DNA of 64,000 nt from Tubiluchus corallicola (taxonomy: Eukaryota > Animalia > Priapulida). Below, in pieces: positions 1-14,104 of this stretch (position 1 is the first letter of the stretch; every line of letters starts with the position of its first letter). The stretch lies in NCBI GenBank assembly GCA_030141605.1, contig JAQGDQ010000285.1, positions 69,444 through 133,443 on the forward strand. The letters are read 5' to 3'. The notes under the pieces were generated by a model. It was given only the letters and a program-made list of their open reading frames with translations, was not told the origin of the DNA and ran no database searches. The position numbers and the translations under genes are program-made.

Positions 1-401
1 GGCGAAATGTTAACTGGCGTAAAGGTAGACTGGCGAAAAAGTAGACTGGCGAGAAAGTAAACTGGCGAGAAAGTAGACAAGCGAAATGTTAACTAGCGTA
101 AAGGTAGACTAGCGAAAAAGTAGACAGGCGAAAAGGTAGACTGGCGTAAAGGCAGACTGGCGAAAAAGCAGACTGGCGAAAAAGTAGACTGGCGAAAAAG
201 TAGACTGGCGTAAAGGTAGACTGGCGAAAAAGTACACAGGCGAAATGTTAACTGGCGTAAAGGTAGACTGGCGAAAAAGTGGACTGGCGAAAAAGTAGAC
301 TGGCGAGAAAGTAGACAGGCGAAATGTTAACTGGCGTAAAGGTAGACTGGCGAAAAAGTAGACTGGCGAAAACGTAGACTGGCGAAAAAGTAGACTGGCG
401 A
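1..401. repeat. Minisatellite of 15-16 bp units (consensus GGCGAAAAAGTAGACT) with ~79-80 bp higher-order periodicity; runs off the window start
   Basis: Read directly: GGCGAAAAAGTAGACT, GGCGTAAAGGTAGACT and GGCGAAATGTTAACT variants; the AAATGTTAACT variant starts at 5, 84, 243 and 322. Confidence 0.95.
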
Positions 402-860
402 CATCCAGCCCCTACTAAATCAAAAGCACCAATGTCACAGAGCTTTTATAAACAACCCCAAGCGTCCAGCAAAGAAAACTGCCTTCACCAATGCCAAAAG
501 AAAAGTCCAAAAGGAGCTCAGAGCCATGCAGGACTCCTGGCTAAGTGCGAAAGCTGACCAAATCCAAACCTTCGCAGACAGAAAGGACCAAAAGAACTTT
601 TATCAGGCTCTCAACGCTATTTACGGTCCAAGTCTGGCACAACACCAATTCTCGGTGCCGATAGTTCAACGCTTCTTACTGAAAGTGATAAGATTCTCCA
701 ACGCTGGGCTGAACACTTCAACATCATTCTAAATCGACCATCCTCAATAAATGACGAGGCCATAGAAAGACTACCCCAAGTCTCTACCAACAGATCTCTT
801 GAAAATCCCCCATCAGATAAAGAGGTAGAGAAAGCCATAAAGAGCCTGTCCAGTGGCTCC
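400..860 (+). mobile_element. RTE-clade non-LTR retrotransposon fragment (EN-RT linker), frameshifted
   Basis: Translates as ...KVQKELRAMQDSWLSAKADQIQTFADRKDQKNFYQALNAIYGP, then after a 1-nt shift near 630 SGTTPILGADSSTLLTESDKILQRWAEHFNIILNRPSSINDEAIERLPQ...KEVEKAIKSLSSG. This is the typical RTE ORF segment just before the RT KAPGPDG motif. Confidence 0.85.
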
Positions 861-1186
<326 letters not shown>

Positions 1187-1719
1187 ACTGGCGAAACGAC
1201 ATAGACAATCATCGTGAACACACAAGTTTGCTCAGTGAGTACGTTTATTCTTAAACGCATTAACTTTTTTGATTTGCTTATAAATAGACCTAACACATTA
1301 ATTATTTACAGCATCCTCTTCAGAAATGGCTTATTTTGTTAGTTACTTCTTCCCTGATGCGTTCATGCCACACGTTGTAAAGCACCATATTTGTTTGTTT
1401 ATTGTATGACTCACTGAAGCAGTATCCGAGTCCGTCTTTACCCAAGGGCCTATGCTAATGTCGGACAATGGAATTTTTGTGCCCGACTTTAGCCTGAATT
1501 AATTGCTTGTGTAGATAATTAACACAAATCTTTGCCCATGTGAATCAAAACTTAAAAATAACATGATTTTAATTGTTTTAGAAACATGGGGTCATCGTTA
1601 TCAAAACGGCTGGAAAGAAGGAAAACTGCAAATGTAAAAAACTTAAAGAATAAGATAGGAAAACTTTATAGCAGAATATATAAGAGTATATAGCAGAATA
1701 TAAAACAGAATTCATATGT

Positions 1720-1787
1720 TTGTTGTTCTTGTTGTTGTTGTTGTTGTTTATTGGACACACACACGCACGCACGCACGCGCGCACGCA

Positions 1788-1866
<79 letters not shown>
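1720..1866. repeat. Compound microsatellite (GTT)n-(CACG)n-(CA)n-(TA)n
   Basis: Read directly; it accounts for the low-complexity ORFs at 1578-2037. Confidence 0.95.
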
Positions 1867-2685
1867 TCAAACAAGGTCAAAGGCAATTCAATGTGTGGGA
1901 CTACAGTAAAAGGTGAAAATGTGAATATAGGTTCAAAGAAACAGAATTCTTATGTTTGTTCTTGTTGTTGTTTATTAGACATAAAAATGTATGTATGTTT
2001 ATACATTAGTAAAAGTACAAACAGTTTTCGTCTTTAATTTTTGCTATTTTTTGCTGTTTTTTAATAGTGGTTAGCATCGTGCTTTTCAGGAAAATAAGTT
2101 TCTGGTAGAGAAATTCACAGGCGAAAAATATGAAGGAAAAACTGAGTTTATAAGCACCTGTCCTGCACATACAAGGTGCACAAAAATCCAAGTGGGCAGT
2201 AAGAGCCGAATCCACAAAACTCGAAAGTTTTGAAATACTGTATGATATCTGCACGTGAGACAGTTGGAATAACTATTTACTGACGAGAAAAGTTTAGTCA
2301 AAATATTGAACTTTTGAAAGAGTTAATGCTGTTGCAATTATAATGTAAAAGACTTATAAGCCTATATATGTAAAAATTTATAAAAAGATCTATTTACATA
2401 TTGACATAAACAACATTTTACTACCAAAAAAGTGTAGAAGATTAGATCAAGAGCATGTTCATTAAAGATGCCTAATGACCAAATTTACATGTAGGCCTAA
2501 ATATATAAAAGTAAAACGCATTTTTATTATAAATACAATAGGTGTAATTTTTATGAGAGTAAATAAGTTGCTCAATATAGCAGCCAGGTAATATATAAAA
2601 TGCATGTAGAAAGATCTTAAGAAGGATCTATAAGTATAATGGCCTAAATAATGATGTATGAAATATATGTATATGATAAATAGAG

Positions 2686-2785
2686 ACAACAATAACAATA
2701 ACAATAACAGTAACAATAACGATAACGACGACGACGACGACGACGACGACGATGATGATGATGATGATGATGATGATAATAATAA
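2686..2785. repeat. Compound microsatellite (ACAATA)/(ACG)n/(ATG)n/(ATA)n
   Basis: Read directly. Confidence 0.9.
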
Positions 2786-3516
2786 TTGTTAACAGGCCTA
2801 CATAAATTGTATTTAGCTCGTAGGCTTATAATTTTTTTTACCTTAACCCAGTTTTACTCTGCGGAAGAATAAGACTGAGAAGCAGAAGTGAGATGCGTTT
2901 GTCATTTATACCGTTATTCTTTTGACACTTTTGGCAAAGCATGCAATTAGCATGTGCATTCGCAGCGACCTGGACTATTCTACTACTTTCGTCATGAAAA
3001 TAAAACTGTTAGTGAACAATTGCCATCTAACTTTTTGTTTTATGAGAATAAAAATACAGACTTTACAAAAACACGCCTGGACTTACCTAGGTCGAAGACC
3101 CTCAAAATATCACACACACACAAAATTTGTGGAAACTGCAATGTGGTTACGTAGACTTCGCATTTTCACGCACGGGCATTAGTTTATATTATTCCGCTGG
3201 TTATAGTGGAGTTGTTGCAAGTAATCAATTGTCCAAAGATTTTGTTCACTGCTATGCAATATTAATTATATAATTAGCTAATTAGCCACATAGTTCACCA
3301 TTCGTACTTCGAAGTGTATATGTGATGTGCATGCTAGGCATGTTAGTAAGGAATGAAAAGTAATAAATAATGCACTATTAGTAATGCTTATGCGAGAATG
3401 GCTTCCAATTGGTAAAAGTGTCTAAACAGGATGCAAACTGCATTATTGTGAATATTATTGTGCATTATTGTGCTATTGTGAATTATTATTATATTCTCGT
3501 GTATTAGTTGGATTTT

Positions 3517-3517
<1 letters not shown>

Positions 3518-3582
<65 letters not shown>
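3518..3582. repeat. (AAT)n microsatellite
   Basis: Read directly. Confidence 0.95.
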
Positions 3583-3584
<2 letters not shown>

Positions 3585-3702
3585 CAACGGCAACAACAAC
3601 AATTTTTATTTAAAGTCGACATTTGGATGAATCAATAAATTGAGGCTCAAAGAGCTTTTTGCCAACTGTATAATAACAAATCTAAAACTACACAACAGAG
3701 AC

Positions 3703-3854
3703 TATTATTAACCCACTTTTACTCTAAATACCACGCGCCAGGCAGGGCAAAAGCAGGTAAGATTTTTAATGTTTTTAGTATGACCTGTCGCAGTATCGAA
3801 ATCACGGCCTCCCAGACGAAAAGCAAACGCGTTACCATTAGACTATATCGTCTG
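3703..3854 (-). mobile_element. Degenerate tRNA-derived SINE
   Basis: The minus strand reads an A-box-like TAGTCTAATGG and a B-box-like GATTTCGATAC, then GGTCATACTAAAAACATTAAAAATCTTACCTGC...CCTGGCGC; similar to the copy at 41600. Confidence 0.6.
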
Positions 3855-4828
3855 TTTTTTTTTTACTTTCAAGCTTTCGTCATAACATTAGAAAAAATTA
3901 AGCAAATTACTATTAATTTCTTATCTCCCCAGGTTGTCCAGGAAGTTCTTCTTGTTACCATGTCGCTTTGCGTACAATCTCTTTAGAAGATGAACTAAGC
4001 AGTAACTTTTGATCTTACATTATACAATCTTCTTCCGAATTTACATATGGACGAGTAGACAGACAGAGTTTGACATACTCCATCAGTGAGGGTAAAATGG
4101 TCCAACAATTTTGATCGACAAACAAATATTGTGGTGACAGTTTGAGCTACGCTTTTTAGGCTTACAATTTAGGGTTAATAAAAATACACTATTTATGTTA
4201 AATCTGTAACACCAGTTCACTTTGCAAAAATTAGGCCAATATTGTTTGTTAGGTTTCGTTACTTTGTCAGACAATGTCTATGTCACATGTTAAGTTGTCA
4301 CATTTTTTATTTCTTTTTAAAATTTTGCAGTGAAGAGTTTATTTACTTATTTTTATCTATATCAGTAAACATAGTACCACATTACAAACATTTTTGTAAC
4401 ACACATAAAATTATTGGTAAGAGAAATTAAAAACGCTAACTAAAATACATATTAAAGATAATTTAACCTAAAATTTCATAATTTAAAATCATCACATAAT
4501 ACCTTTCGCCAGTTTTTAAAAACTGACTCTAATACACACCAGATACAACCTCTAATTAGAATGTCATTTTTACTTGCAAATAACCGATTTCTTAAGGTAT
4601 AGCAGCTCTTCCTTATTAAATTAAAACTTTAAAGTGTTGAACATTATTATGTGCTCGTAAGACGCTCTCATACATAATTCGTAATGTTTTGAAGCCTATT
4701 AAGAGCAACATTATAGGCCAATCTGAGCTTTGTAATGTTATATCTCTTCTAAGAATCCATATACTACTCAAATAAATTCCGTTACAATGCGACACTTTTA
4801 AATTCCTTTGAACAAAAATAAAATTTAC

Positions 4829-4831
<3 letters not shown>

Positions 4832-4882
<51 letters not shown>
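4832..4882. repeat. (TA)n microsatellite
   Basis: Read directly. Confidence 0.95.
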
Positions 4883-4886
<4 letters not shown>

Positions 4887-5399
4887 TAGTGTATTAGGTC
4901 TTGCATAAAATAAATATTTACATAATCACTATAATCATCAGATAATATGTGCTCTAGATACTTTTCACTTTTACTGACTTTAATGGGTTTACTATTAAAT
5001 AAAACTAGTAAACTATGTGAAAATTAGTCAGAACTTTCTAGACGCCGTCCTAGGTTTCAGCCTTAACTGAATGCCTGTAATGAGGGAAGAAGTCGACGTG
5101 CTAATTATCTGTCCTATTTCTGTGCCGAGGCTTCGTAAATAGATGCCGTAACCGTCTGGCATGGGTATATTCTTCTTCTTCTTCTGTTTCCTTTTTTAAT
5201 AATGAGCTTGCTGATTTTATCAATCGTATGTCAAAAGTATGAAGAGAAGTCTCTTGTGTGGGGGCATAAAAATACAAGGAGAAATAAACATGTTAAAAAC
5301 ACAAATGGATCTATGGCAGCCTCACTGAGGTCGTCAGATCTCGTTCGGACTTGTTCAAAGCCAAATGGCAGCATTATCTCGGTTTTTTCCAGTTGCTAA

Positions 5400-5950
5400 G
5401 TTTAACATTTGCTTACACTTCAAGTACCTTTCACTACCTGAGTTATACCATGTCCGCACTAATTAACAGGTCTTCGTTTCTTGTCGAATTGCCAAAATCG
5501 GTCCACGTTTAAAACAATTTAGGTTCACTATGAGTTTTTTCTATAGCTTGAAATTGTAAGCTACACAAAAATAAATAAGAGCGGTAACAATACTGATCCC
5601 CGAGGAACGTCTACAATCGTATATATATTTAAATGATGTGTACATAATTGTTTATTGTGCACTTATTTTTCTATCATACAGGAAATTTTTAACAAAGCTC
5701 AACGTTCTACATTTATACCAGCTTAATCATCTAGTTACGATACCACATGTCTAGTTACGAGTCACTAGCCAAATTTTATCGAGCGCGTTTTGAAAGTCAC
5801 AGCGTATTTCCACATTTCCCATTTTTTGTCATTGGTAATACAAACTTCTGCTCGAGTTATATGGCTCTCTATAAAACGTTTGCGTTCCTCAGCAACTTTC
5901 TAGATGCTAATTTATGGCTTTCTAATGTGTTTGAAATATTAAAATCGTTT
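5400..5950 (-). mobile_element. Decayed CR1/L2-like reverse transcriptase fragment
   Basis: The minus strand at ~5611-5567 gives DVPRGSVLLPLLFIF, a degenerate GVPQGSVLGPLLF RT motif. Boundaries are approximate. Confidence 0.6.
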
Positions 5951-6185
5951 GCGGTAAGCTATGTCTGGTACTTTATTTAAGTCATCAGCTTGTTGTAAAA
6001 CATATTGGTTACATTTTAAGCAATGTTACAGATGTAAACTGTATCAAATCAGAGGTGTAATATCCGTTGCGCTTAAACAAGTAGCGGATATTACATCCTC
6101 TAAATGAATTTGTGGGTGATTTAACTATTGCCGTGGTCAGTTACTGCCGTTTCGCGCCATCTGCCGCCAAAATTTAGCATATACC

Positions 6186-6332
<147 letters not shown>

Positions 6333-7489
6333 GATTTGAAAAAGTTTTTTACAATCCTTCTATACGCAGGGAAGATTTTAAGAAAAACATGTTATAACAT
6401 TGTTTATTTCGTTCAACTTTTAAATGGATGAAGGTCTAACGTTATGGAAAACGATGTATGAAAAATCGCGCAGTTTTCATTAATTTTTTGCAGACTTAAA
6501 ATTTTACCTTACAATAAGGTTTTTCCAAAAAAAGAAGACAGAACTTTTATGCAGACTCATATTTGCGACATTATTTATCGGCATTCTAATAATTTTTTCA
6601 CGATTATTTCCTTTACAATGTTTATGAAAATTTGACAATAATGAATGTTCCTTTCACTTATTATCTCTCTCATATTCAAAGATGGAATTCGGTTTCGCAG
6701 TGTCACCCTGTTATATTCGTTTATCAATCTACAACAAAAATTAAATGTTCAGCAATTTGTTCTTCTCTCTGGTCACAGTTCCATTGATGCTTTGATCCCT
6801 CTGATGATAAAAAATCTAGTTCCTTTGTTTAAAAATAAATTATTTGCCGTCGTCTCAACGAGCCGTTCCCTTTTATTCAGTGAAAGATCAAGAGGTGTAA
6901 TGTGCGCCTGGCCTTTCTCCTTGTAACTGTGCACGGTTTTTCATTCTGTTTGACCATATTTTCAACAGGTACGCTGCAATATAGGTTTTGGAATAACGCA
7001 TCATTTGCATGGGCACATCGCGTAATTTCAAGCTGCGGTCATCTGGTTCCCAAATTATTTTTAGATAGTGTTTGACGTCATTTGCGTGCTTGGTCAGCGT
7101 CATATTTGCATTTCTTCTGTTGAACTGTCGCTCTTCATTTTCAGCCAGTTTTCTCTTTAATAAATCTCTACCATTTTCGTTTCATAGTTTTAGCATAAAC
7201 CATGAACATGGTCATCGATCATAACTAAAGAAAGTGTTCTACCGAACATCATACTATCAATTTCTCCATATTTAGCGACTATCACAGTTTATGCTCAACA
7301 ACATTTGTTCTAGCGGCTAATGAGTGGAAGAAAGTTATTGTTGAAGATAAACAGCTACTGTTTGTCTTATCAAAGTCAAAATTTAGTGAGAACGCTCTTT
7401 CTTTTTTGAGTAAACAATGTTACTGCGAACAAAACTGCAAACACCGGACTGACGTTTTTAAAACTGACAGCGGACTAAACTACTGGAGA

Positions 7490-7990
7490 GGAGGGCTAAA
7501 GAATGGAATTCTTTGCCAACTGAATTAAGGAGCAGTAGCAATATTAACTTGTTTAAGACTCACCTTAAAGATCAAGAGTGTTATTCTAAGTAATTGTATT
7601 GTGCTTTTTAAATTTCGTCTTTTTGAGCTGCTTTTAAATTTTGACACGTCCTGTTTTTGTACAAAATATTTGTTTGTCGCGTCGCGTCGCGTCGCGTCTC
7701 GTCTCGTCTCGTCTCGTCTCGTCTCGTCTCGTCTCGTCTCGTCTCGTCTCGTCTCGTCTTGTCTTGCCTTACTTTTTAAGAGCTTTTATATCAACACCTA
7801 GCTCAATGCATTTCTTATGTAATCAGTTTGTGTCAGCATTTTGTAAAGTACAAAATCAGCAAACTCTTCAACTTGAGTACATTCAATTCAATTTGTTGTT
7901 GTAATTTTAAAGCATTGTTGTAAACTGTAAAGCATGCATGTATTGATATTACTGTATATATTCATAAGGGTGCATTGAACAAATAAACGC
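7490..7990 (+). mobile_element. CR1/L2-like LINE 3' end with internal (GTCGC)/(GTCTC)n microsatellite
   Basis: RAKEWNSLPTELRSSSNINLFKTHLKDQECYSK* (~7492-7593) matches the WNSLP...FK..LK C-terminus of CR1/L2 ORF2; pentamer repeat at 7676-7758; AATAAA at ~7982. Confidence 0.75.
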
Positions 7991-8288
7991 ACTTAGACAT
8001 CTACTCATGCTTTACGTATATTTACATTTAGCTGAAGACGACAGCGCCTGCAGCGTCTAAGCGTAAACTGAAATCGGTTTTCAAGAATCCAAAAACTCTT
8101 CGCGCATTGACGCAGCCGCTAGTCAAATCAGTAAACAATTCATAAATATCCAGCTAAGTGAGTTAAACATAATTATCACCGCTAGGAGGCAGAAAATCAC
8201 TGATTTTCGTGTACGTATTTCTTGAAGCTTTGATATTTGTGTGTGCGTATCTGTGTGTGGGTGAGATAGATGGACGGATGGATGGACG

Positions 8289-8513
<225 letters not shown>

Positions 8514-10224
8514 CAGAAAGAGAAAAACGACAAAGAAGAAAAAACATAACATGTACCCAAAGTTAACATAAAACTAGATTTGAAATAAAAATCTTAACGA
8601 CAAAACAATTGTGACTGCGTGAAACCACTTCTCTCATCAATCACAATAAACTTTCCCGTTTACGATATGAAACGTGAACTCTAAACTGAAGACGGATGGC
8701 AAAATAACCTGGGCCTCCTGGGTAGCTGCCCACTCAACCCATCCGCTGCTCGATGATTACCCTGTTAAGCTAACTTATGGAGAGTGACATTTATAGGTGT
8801 AAAGTGGATATGAATTAAGCGCTGTCGTGCTAGATTTGTGAGAATGACAGTGCTAAGCTGGTGCGTGATAGATTGCATGCATTTTGCTTCGGACAGGGCA
8901 GAATGGTGTGATTTAGATAGAGTGTAATGGAGTCGTTTTTGCAATTTATGTTAAATAGATTTTTTGTAAGCTATTATTCATTGAACGACCCTCGTATTGA
9001 ACCTGGCAGATTTTTTGCAAAAACATCAGGAAGCAAATTATTTGATAAAATGAGGTTCAGTTATTATAAAATGACATTATATATAGATTCGATATAGCAA
9101 GGAAAAAAGGCGAGGCGCAGCCATATACCTACATACCCAATACGTGACTACAAGCACTTTATTAATATGGATCACAACTTTGTGATAACATGTATGTAAT
9201 AAAAGTAATATGCTTTGCAATGCAATTACAAGAACATACCAAATACTTACAGCCTACTAAAAGCATGTCTAAAAGTCGTTGTATCTATGTAAATTTTACA
9301 GCACAGAAGAAAAGCTAAAATGTGGTTATACATAAGACTAAAATAAAGTGCAACTTATTTTGTTACGTAAGTTAAGTTTTGTATTGGGGGTGGGGGGTGG
9401 GGGTGGGGGTGGCTTTTCACTTTCACTGCCAGTGAGCAGCGCTGGGTGACGGCGGGCGGTTTACAGAAAGATGACGGATGGCATCCGCTAATTCGCCAGT
9501 TAAAAACAATGCTCCAGAAATGCGTACGAAACTTGTGCGCCTATATGGTCTCAGATATTCCTGACAGAAACCCTGTTATTGCTTTTTCAGCAATAAATTT
9601 CTTTAAAAAGTATATTTATGAACTTTATTTCTTACCGCTAAAGCAAATGCCTAACCTATTTTCAGTTAAAAGGGCTGACTTGGGCATGATGACGATAAGG
9701 GCGAGGAAGACAGTTGTGAAATGCAACAAAACCATAAAGACTTGCCCAACTAATACACACAGCTTACATACGTAATGGTGGACAGTTTTTGGTGAGGTGC
9801 TCGGTGAATGGGTGGATTTGAGGTCAATTGTCACGGGTAAGGTTTGGCACTATAAACTCTCTTTCAAGTAACTTGGACGGCAGAGGGTGTAGATATTACC
9901 CATCTCCGCTGAATTCTTATTTCAGGCGAGTTGACGGGGCTGAGCAGAAGCTAATCTTAACTTTGGCGACCCTTACAAATTGCACCCAGGCCGCAATTTC
10001 TGTTTTGAAATTAATTGAAGTAAATATCTGATTGAAGCTCATTCGTTATTTTGGTAAGCACTGAAAAGCGATCTTTTGGCAAAAGGTTAACGTAATCAGT
10101 GAGTAAGCTGTTTGACTCCTCGGAACTTAAAAAAACGCACACATTGGGATTTCACATTGGTCAAAGGTGAAAGATCAGATATAGTAGTTCTACACCTAGC
10201 TTAGACAGTGCCTTTGACTAGACT

Positions 10225-10380
10225 GAATAGAATAGAATAGAATGGAATGGAATGGAATGGAATGGAATGGAATGGAATGGAATGGAATGGAATGGAATGG
10301 AATAGAATAGAATAGAATAGAATAGAATAGAATAGAATAGAATAGAATAGAATAGAATAGAATAGAATAGAATAGAATAG
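10225..10380. repeat. (GAATA)n/(GAATG)n pentamer microsatellite
   Basis: Read directly. Confidence 0.95.
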
Positions 10381-13300
10381 TGACTGCTCAGTGACTAACT
10401 GAGTTAGTAAATGCAAAACTGCATGATCTGCTGAAAGGAATTAACAGATCAATATCCTCAGAAATGCATTCGGAAGAGGGGCTTACTACTCAAAACTTAT
10501 TAGGTGCTGAGCAATCAAACGTGGATAACTTATAGTACCTTAGAATGTATACCATAGTAATTTATAGTAACCTAGAACACAAGATTTTATACGGGTAAAT
10601 GGTGCATGCATAGCGTTAAAAGTTAATACAACTCGTAAACTGTAAGGAGATGGAATGAACATAAGTTTGGGGAACTTATGTTATCAACTGAGGGATAGAT
10701 ATTAGTGACACTGAGGCTTTGAGGTGGTTGCTTAATGTCAAGTGTCGACTTTTCTGAAAGACAATTAGAAAAGGAAAAGATCACTTCAGATTGTCCGAGC
10801 GTCAGTTTGCATCATAGAAAAAATCCGGTATTCACTCACTCTGTCCGTCACACTTTTTCTCAACTCCGTGTTTTTTCGCCTCTGAAATTTTTATATTTTC
10901 ATGAGTCTGTGTTCTACGGATTAGATTCCGAAATAAATAAATAATTCAGTTCAATATTTCTCCAAATGTGTTGAAATCTGGCACAAAGATCAGTTAGGAT
11001 GCCCTTGGTTCAAACAAAAAATTTGTAGAAATTCGTTAATTAGGTAGCATATGTAATTAAGGCTGTTTAATTAATTAATGAATTAATTTTAAAAATTGAT
11101 TTAGATCGCATGTTCCCTGATCTCTAGGTTGACGTTTGGGTTTTATGGAAAAATTACTTTCATTTAATTCTTAATAGTATATATTTATTAAATATAATTA
11201 AAATGTTGTTGGATTTAACTTTTAAATTCAAACTAAAGTTACGTAAAATTAACTTCTTTCGGGAAACAACCTCTTTAAGAAAACTAAGAAGATCCAAGTT
11301 ATTAGGTCCTTTTACTCGTGGATCAGGTAATCTGCTGCCTGCAAGGTACAATGATGGCTTTACATAAATTATGGGCTTAAGGCTTATAAATCAGTTTAAA
11401 TAATATGAAACTAATATTGATTTAAAAAATGTGAAAAAGTTCGTGACTAAGCCTGGATTAAAATCGTGAATTAACAACCTGTGAATTACAAGTTATTCGA
11501 CTGTTTGGTAAGCTACTTATGCTTGAACTTGTTCCTGTCTGACTCTCAGTAGTCCATCCATTAACCTCTCACCCTATTGTAATTTCTACGTAAGTAACGG
11601 TTATTTGTGGCATATGTAACTTGCTTATTTCTCAGATTCACTACTCTCTGCCTCGCGCGCATGCGTTCAGCCTGCCTAGCCAATTACAATATGAGTTTGA
11701 GTTGGTAGCCCAAGATTTGCAGTCTGTGAACATTATATTTTGAAAAGACTGGCTGATTTAGGATTGTTTGATTTGAAAGTCAACATTCTTGAAAATTTAA
11801 AAGGAACTCACTGTAGTCACAGCTTAGGCTAATATCTTTTATTTTCAGGTACGTTTCACTGTTTCTAAACTTAAAAAAAGTTGGTTTATTGTTGGTTTAC
11901 ATGAAGAAGAAGCTGTAATTATAATTGTGTTAATTGATTTTTTTGTGTAAAACTACCGATAAGAAATGTTAGAAATGTTGAAGTAAATTAAAAGCAAATG
12001 AAAAATTTCTTTATAGCAATCATTACAACGTTTCAAATATAGAGCGTTACGTTAAATGTTAATCTACAAATAAATTTGGTCATCGGTTACGTAACCATAT
12101 TTTATTGGATGGTAGTTAAATTACGCATCACAAGTACGACATTAGATCTTGTGTAAAAACGGGCACGGTGGGCGAAGGCTAGGCTAATCTACACAATTAT
12201 TACAATTTGTTCGTTTGTTTGTCTGTTTTCTAAATATACAATATATCTAAAAAAGTTGTGAATGGTTTGATTAAGAAGTTTAGGTGAAACAAATGGGCTC
12301 TGACGCCAGAACGAGTTGATCTATAGGATTTTGATGATGCTTGGTTTGCAGGTAGTTGGAAACCAAATTTGTTATTGATAGCTATTGTTTTATCTTCGAA
12401 GTGCATGTTAATTTAGCATATAGGCAAAGAAATTTTGTGTAGAGTGACCATGAGTCTATTAGTCGAGGAAAATTTGAATAGATTTTAGCTTGATCGATTA
12501 GGAAATAAGGAATAAATCAATTTTTATTTGGTTTAGTGTCTTCTACAGAGATATTTTATATGACATCATAAACTATTACACAAATTATACATGTAATAGA
12601 ATTTCACCTTATGCTAAGTAAAGTGTATTTGCTTATTTCTGGTAAAACTGATATCCTTGACCACAGCTTTATGCTTTAAAATTGCATTGTCCTTTCCTTT
12701 AAATATGTTACATTTAACAGTTAGATCCTGACTAACTGTTATTTGTAATCAGCGTTCACAGTTTATTAGAGCCAATGATTGTTATCGTGTCAGATTTATT
12801 AGTGCTACTCTGAAAAAATCAATAACAGAAGTTTGAAAAAACGCTCTGCAATTTTATTATAAAAACATAAAGGCACACTCAAATCCTAAACAACACAAAA
12901 ACAAGTACAGCATTTCTTATTATAAGTTCTTTTTGCAGATTTTTTCTTCTAAACTACATGAAGTAGGTACAAGACATACGCTCTAATGCTTATTAAAAAT
13001 ATTTAAAGAACTGCTAAACACGCGTACGTACATTCATAATGCTTTAATTCTTTACTTAATCGAAACTGTCAAGTTGCGGTTTTATGGTACAGTCAAACAT
13101 CCAATTTAACTTTTGTAAGTCATAGATATACTACTTACGACATCACAGAAACCAAAAGTATTGCGAGTAGACAACAGATCAACTGCATTTTTTTCTTTCA
13201 CATAAGCAGCCCTTTCTACTCTTTTAAAGGTAGCAACAATGCCTTAGACTTCCTTTGTGAAGTCCGGTAACTGTAACAGAAGTAATAGTGTTGCTTACAA

Positions 13301-14026
13301 AATTAATGATCAGTCATGCACGATATACATATCTAATTACCGGGATCGTTTGCTTTATCAATATTTCTAGGAAGTGAAGCCTTTGGTTTAGCCTCGCGCT
13401 TATTAATTTTCAAGCCTCTTTACTTTGATCACCTTGCATAACTTTCCTCGCGAGATTATCCCCTCTAATTAGTTTTTCTTGATTTTTGAATTCACGTGGC
13501 GGCTGTACGAAAATGGCTCACGTCTTGAGTGAGGGCTACCCAATTTACAAAGGATTAAATATTTATTTCTACACTGCATGCGATATACTGATAAAAGTTA
13601 TAAGTCTTTTCTCTCAGAAGCGCATCAACTTGTATGTATTTTAATCAGATGTTAATGAGGAGGAAATTTCCCGATTTGCGTAAAACAGCTCATGCTTTTA
13701 TTCCCAAGTACAGACTCTACAGTGAATTACCTCTACATCACATCTCTATGAATTTTTGTGCTTTTAAAAGTCTTCTGAAAAGACATAATGTAAACAATGG
13801 ATTAGTAAATAAAAAAGCAGCTTTTAAACAAGTAAATAAAAATTAGAATTAGAATTAGAATTAGAATTTGAATTTATTACATTTACCAATGACATTTTTA
13901 CTAAGACTACTGGTATACCTGCGGGCAGCACCAGGAAGAAAATCTTGCATTGGTGCTACCCAAATTAACGGTAAATTTGAGAAAAAACAAACATGAGTGC
14001 GTGAAATGATCTCTCCTCCCCCCACC

Positions 14027-14065
14027 TCTCTCTCTCTCTCTCTTTCTCTCTCTCCTATTACTAAG

Positions 14066-14103
<38 letters not shown>

Positions 14104-14104
14104 C
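14027..14104. repeat. (CT)n and (CAA)n microsatellites
   Basis: Read directly. Confidence 0.9.

Noticed and set aside
1-401. CRISPR-like array
   Set aside because: Head-to-tail monomers with no unique spacers, no cas genes, and a eukaryotic context.
8030-8066. Hammerhead-ribozyme-like CTGAAGAC-stem motif (Penelope type)
   Set aside because: The required GAAA core is replaced by TAAG; at best a dead remnant.
11160-11420. Possible NUMT or coding fragment
   Set aside because: No recognisable mitochondrial or nuclear protein in either genetic code.
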